Assembly: GCA_003453595.1 (NCBI GenBank)
Contig: DMOG01000001.1
Span: 1-55,520, forward strand
Source: Candidatus Uhrbacteria bacterium
GTDB lineage: Bacteria > Patescibacteriota > Patescibacteriia > UBA9934
DNA length: 55,520 bases
Direction of reading: 5' to 3'
Both the position numbers and the translations under genes were made by a program. Every line of letters starts with the position of its first letter. The first letter of the stretch is position 1. A model generated the notes under the pieces. It saw nothing but the letters and a program-made list of their open reading frames with translations, ran no database searches and was not told where the DNA came from. Below, piece after piece: positions 52,525 to 55,520 of this stretch.

Positions 52525-52995
52525 CACTGGTAGAGTTGTCCATTGGATCACAAACAACGTCCAGACCCTGGTCCAGCTGGGAAACCGTTCTCTACCACAA
52601 ACTTAGTCACGGTTGCGCCTGGCTCCGCATAGAGGAGCCAAGAGGCATCCGCGCCTCATTGCCCCGCTACCGAGGGGATTGAAGCAACCGTGACTTCATT
52701 TTTGACTGCGGGGTCGTGCATAACGGATCCTGCCACAGTCGCGTATCGCATAGCCAAACGGTAAAAAAAGCGAAGACCGCTCGAGCCAGCTTGGGCAAGC
52801 CCAGCACATGGCATTCAGTGGTCCTCGAGGAGCGAAAACTGCCTAGGCAGTGGCTGGCGAAGTTTAGTCGCGACCCCGCAGTCATCCATTTCTCGTAAGG
52901 TATTTCGCTGAACGGCTCCTTTCATAGCCTAATGAAAGTAACGCTGAGCCGAAGCGACTCACCTCCTGCCATCTGATTTCGGTCAGATGGTTTTC
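52525..52995 (+). ncRNA. candidate large structured RNA (about 470 nt, unclassified)
   Basis: GC-rich block with perfect long-range helices 52605-52616/52684-52695 (12 bp) and 52703-52716/52871-52884 (14 bp). Further helices at 52528-52535/52590-52597, 52621-52626/52634-52639 and 52913-52918/52946-52951, among others. Only short ORFs in mixed frames. Confidence 0.45.
52969..52994 (+). terminator. rho-independent terminator
   Basis: ccatctga (52969-52976) pairs with tcagatgg (52983-52990), followed by TTTT. Confidence 0.8.
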
Positions 52996-53002
52996 GTATA
53001 CA

Positions 53003-53033
53003 AAAAAACAGGCATCGCCTGATTTTATTTTTT
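53003..53033. terminator. second, bidirectional terminator
   Basis: caggc (53009-53013) pairs with gcctg (53017-53021). Flanked by AAAAAAA upstream and aTTTTaTTTTTT downstream. Confidence 0.7.
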
Positions 53034-53044
53034 ATTACCCTTAT

Positions 53045-53114
53045 TTTTGCGATAACTAAAGCGAAGAATGGCCGTGCCATCCGTAGCTTTTGCGATAACT
53101 AAAGCGAAGGATGG
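53045..53114 (+). repeat. 27-nt direct repeat x2 (one mismatch), period 43
   Basis: ttttgcgataactaaagcgaagaatgg (53045-53071) and ttttgcgataactaaagcgaaggatgg (53088-53114). Confidence 0.6.
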
Positions 53115-53391
53115 TGGGGGCTCATTAACACGATTGGAACCGGAAACCAAAGGGTTGGTAAAGAAAAGGATGACAGTTGAGAAATATTTGGAAAATCAAC
53201 CGGAGGAAGAAATGGATGATTCTGAGCAAATTTCAAGGATTTTGGATTCGGATGCTGAAGTGTGGCTTAGGGTGCATTGGCGACTTTCTGAGTAATTATT
53301 CTTGTTTTGGTATATTTGGTTGAAGGATAATTCGGCGATGGTGAAGGCGTTTGTGGAGGAGGTGAAACGGGGTGTAAGTACGGCTAACTAA

Positions 53392-55520
53392 TTATTTTTC
53401 TCCATATTCGCGTTTACGATGATCTATATCTTCATCAGCACGTTTTTTCTCCCAAACAATCCTATCATTCAGGTACTTTTCATAATTTGTAACAAAATTT
53501 TTAACAACCTTACTTTTATCGGATTTCCAAGACTGCACATCGGCAATTTTTGCCTGATACGCATCTACGAATCCATATTCACCAGAAACTACCCCTGTTT
53601 GCGAAAGAATCACAAATATTTCATTCTGGTATTTTTTATTGTTTGGAAATTGCTTAATGAACTCCTTGCAAACATTATGCAGGAAACCTTCTCCTTCATA
53701 AGCCCTCAACACGGCAATAGCAGTCCGTGCTTTATTCGTAGCCTTACTCTTTAACAAAGCTATTAACTTTGACTCTAAGCACGAATCTAACCGAGGGAAT
53801 AGATTTTTTAACAAGTGAGCACCTTCCCAGTAATTCAACCAGTGAGCCCCCTTGAACCACTTAAAAATCTCATCAATAAATAATTTTTTTGTAGCTTCTG
53901 ACAGATTGCTCAGATCTCCAGCCTGCCTAGGAGTGAAATTAAAAGGAATGGCATCATATCTATCGTCTCGTTTTGTTTTTTTCTTTAACTTTACACGTCT
54001 TTCAAAGAATTGAATGAATTCCTTCGGATCGTTTTTTGCGACCAAGGAGAGTATTGCTTCAGCTTCATAGCTGAGATTTGGAACTGACACTAAACTATCC
54101 AGTACTACCATCCATTCCTCCTTGTTTAAGCTTGCAAACAAAGATTCTGAACTATACCAAATATTTTGTATCCACAATGTATTTTTCAAATCAGTCAGTG
54201 CCTGAATAATATCGATCAGTAAAGATTGAAGGTCTTTAGTGGAATTCGGAAATTTTTTAAATCCAATCGCTCTCACAAGGTGATTCAGCGTATTTACATC
54301 ACCATCAGTCTTCGCTTTTTTAACAAGCTTCTGTATTAACGGTAATGCCAAAGGCAAGTCTTCCTCAGAAATAAATTCATATACCACAGCCATCGCTGGC
54401 AGGAATTTCCCCTGAGTTATCCAGTCATTGAGAATGCCCTTTGCTGTTTCTTTTTCGGTGCTACACCAAATTCCAGCGATGATAATATCTGTAAACGGTT
54501 CAAATACTTTCTCTTCAAGAAGCTTGAGTCCTATTTTGGGTTTTGCTTTAGAAATCTCATTCAATAATTTTCTGAAATAATTAAACTCTCCACGTTCTTC
54601 AGTGTCTGGGTAGTTTTTAATAATTAACAATATTTTTGTAAGCCACTCCTCATAGTTTGTTTCAGAAATATCTTGGACGATTTCCGTAATTTTTTCGTCA
54701 CGTATTTTTCTTGACTCTTCAAAATCCACATCAGGTAAATAGTCGCCGTCATACCCCACGAGTATCCGATACAACTGGTAAGGTTCATTCTTCTGAATTA
54801 CTGCATCTAGCTCAGCTAGGTTTATTGGTGCATCTTTTTCAAATCGTCTCTTAAACCGATGCAACTGCTTCTCGATTTTATACACCACATCAAGATCAGT
54901 AGAAGGAGCAATGGAGATATAAAACTTTAAAATCTCGTCCAGATTATCTCGAACCATGGTCTCCATATCCTCGCCATAATGAGCACTCATTGGGGTATGC
55001 GTTGCAATTTGCAATGCTTCTAAGATAGCAAACTTATTCAGTATACTTTTTTGCAATTGATAGGCCTTTTTAAGAAGACTTATCATTCGAGTCCTCATCT
55101 TTTTGACCGTATCGGTTACTGGTACTGCGCCGTGCCCAATTGTAACGCTACTGGAAGTCCATGTGCTGGCATCAAATTCCGAGTGCAGGACATGTTTCCC
55201 AACCTCTGCGATCAAGGCGGTATTAGTCATTAACTTTGAGTTGTCCCATTTTTCCATGATTTCCAAAATTGCTAGCTGGGCATGAAAATATATTTTTTTA
55301 TCTTTTTCCACATAAACAGGCTCTGTCATTTTCTCCACCACCTCAAAAACCTTCTTTTTATCTTTAATTTTTTCATCAATGGCTAGTTCGGCTAGCACGG
55401 CAAAAACTTTATCCAAGTGCACAAAACGAAGCAGTTTTGATATATCTAATACGACAGCGACCACATCATCATAGGACTGCCCTCTAAGCTCTCCCCATAG
55501 GGGCCTGTTCCTGAATAACA
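53392..55520 (-). CDS. large all-helical repeat protein of unknown function (partial; N-terminus beyond the window)
   Basis: My translation shows the reading frame stays open upstream of the ORF-track GVG... start at 55464 (...LFRNRPLWGELRGQSYDD-VVAVV...) to the window edge. At least 709 aa visible, HEAT/ARM-like helical character, no catalytic motif recognised. Confidence 0.8.
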   Translation of the reverse strand, partial: LFRNRPLWGELRGQSYDDVVAVVLDISKLLRFVHLDKVFAVLAELAIDEKIKDKKKVFEVVEKMTEPVYVEKDKKIYFHAQLAILEIMEKWDNSKLMTNTALIAEVGKHVLHSEFDASTWTSSSVTIGHGAVPVTDTVKKMRTRMISLLKKAYQLQKSILNKFAILEALQIATHTPMSAHYGEDMETMVRDNLDEILKFYISIAPSTDLDVVYKIEKQLHRFKRRFEKDAPINLAELDAVIQKNEPYQLYRILVGYDGDYLPDVDFEESRKIRDEKITEIVQDISETNYEEWLTKILLIIKNYPDTEERGEFNYFRKLLNEISKAKPKIGLKLLEEKVFEPFTDIIIAGIWCSTEKETAKGILNDWITQGKFLPAMAVVYEFISEEDLPLALPLIQKLVKKAKTDGDVNTLNHLVRAIGFKKFPNSTKDLQSLLIDIIQALTDLKNTLWIQNIWYSSESLFASLNKEEWMVVLDSLVSVPNLSYEAEAILSLVAKNDPKEFIQFFERRVKLKKKTKRDDRYDAIPFNFTPRQAGDLSNLSEATKKLFIDEIFKWFKGAHWLNYWEGAHLLKNLFPRLDSCLESKLIALLKSKATNKARTAIAVLRAYEGEGFLHNVCKEFIKQFPNNKKYQNEIFVILSQTGVVSGEYGFVDAYQAKIADVQSWKSDKSKVVKNFVTNYEKYLNDRIVWEKKRADEDIDHRKREYGEK

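Noticed and set aside
52491-52898. ORFs 52491-52682 (+), 52716-52898 (+) and 52667-52885 (-) as protein genes
   Set aside because: They are mutually overlapping short frames in GC-rich DNA, with Arg/Ser/Trp-rich products. The first starts inside the -35 element. The long perfect helices argue for RNA structure instead.
52525-52995. RNase P RNA or tmRNA identity for the large structured RNA
   Set aside because: I could not find GAGGAAAGUCC / ACAGAA(C)CCGGCUUA P4 strands. I also could not find a tRNA-like GGGG 5' end, a GGUUCGA T-loop, a CCA-proximal acceptor or a tag reading frame. It is left unclassified rather than forced.
53068-53295. 75-aa ORF (or 41-aa version from ATG 53170) as a gene
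   Set aside because: The first ATG lies inside a direct repeat. The N-terminal half is repeat-derived, there is no promoter or terminator context, and no motif was recognised. The G-rich coding-like strand bias keeps it possible but unsupported.

Overview
AT-rich bacterial window using the standard genetic code (TAA, TAG and TGA all close good ORFs). The gene content and style suggest a reduced-genome Patescibacteria/CPR-like organism; this is an inference, not shown by the sequence. Evidence: a compact secretin-less type IV pilus module, many tiny membrane proteins and lipoproteins, and short tightly packed housekeeping genes.

About 55 protein genes are supportable:
- Nramp-like transporter, cfa and greA on the minus strand.
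- A divergent pilin / pilB-pilC / four minor-pilin cluster.
- TrmH-like methyltransferase, pepA, a DUF3179 protein, rsmI, metG, cvpA-like, tatD and a BaiN-type flavoprotein.
- A complete F1Fo ATP synthase operon (atpZ-B-E-F-H-A-G-D-C).
- Two small beta-carbonic-anhydrase-like paralogs.
- A UvrD-type helicase fused to a 4-Cys PD-(D/E)XK nuclease, followed by a DUF721/DciA-like gene.
- mreBCD-mrdA, a second greA, lysS, serS, alr and an FtsQ-like protein.
- On the minus strand, an M23 peptidase, gltX, a WecB/TagA glycosyltransferase and a membrane protein.
- clpB behind a perfect CIRCE operator.
- A 5'-truncated large helical-repeat orphan protein at the right edge.

No tRNA, rRNA, CRISPR array or transposase was seen.

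The most interesting signals are non-coding:
1. An approximately 470-nt GC-rich, heavily base-paired candidate RNA with its own promoter and terminator (52525-52995).
2. An approximately 170-nt candidate sRNA built from four near-identical NCUG-loop(UAAA)-CAGN hairpins (21834-22005).
3. At least nine transcription units whose -10 hexamer sits exactly 8-9 nt from the ATG, which implies leaderless mRNAs. Shine-Dalgarno sequences are nearly absent across the window.
4. G-free leaders made of degenerate 7-10 nt tandem repeats directly upstream of several start codons.
5. A short GC-rich palindromic element found once intergenically and twice in frame inside genes.
6. Several small GC-rich islets, each with its own promoter and terminator.
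7. A perfect 40-bp palindrome over the start codon of the second greA.

All coordinates were counted by hand. Functional calls rest on motifs I recognise, not on database searches.
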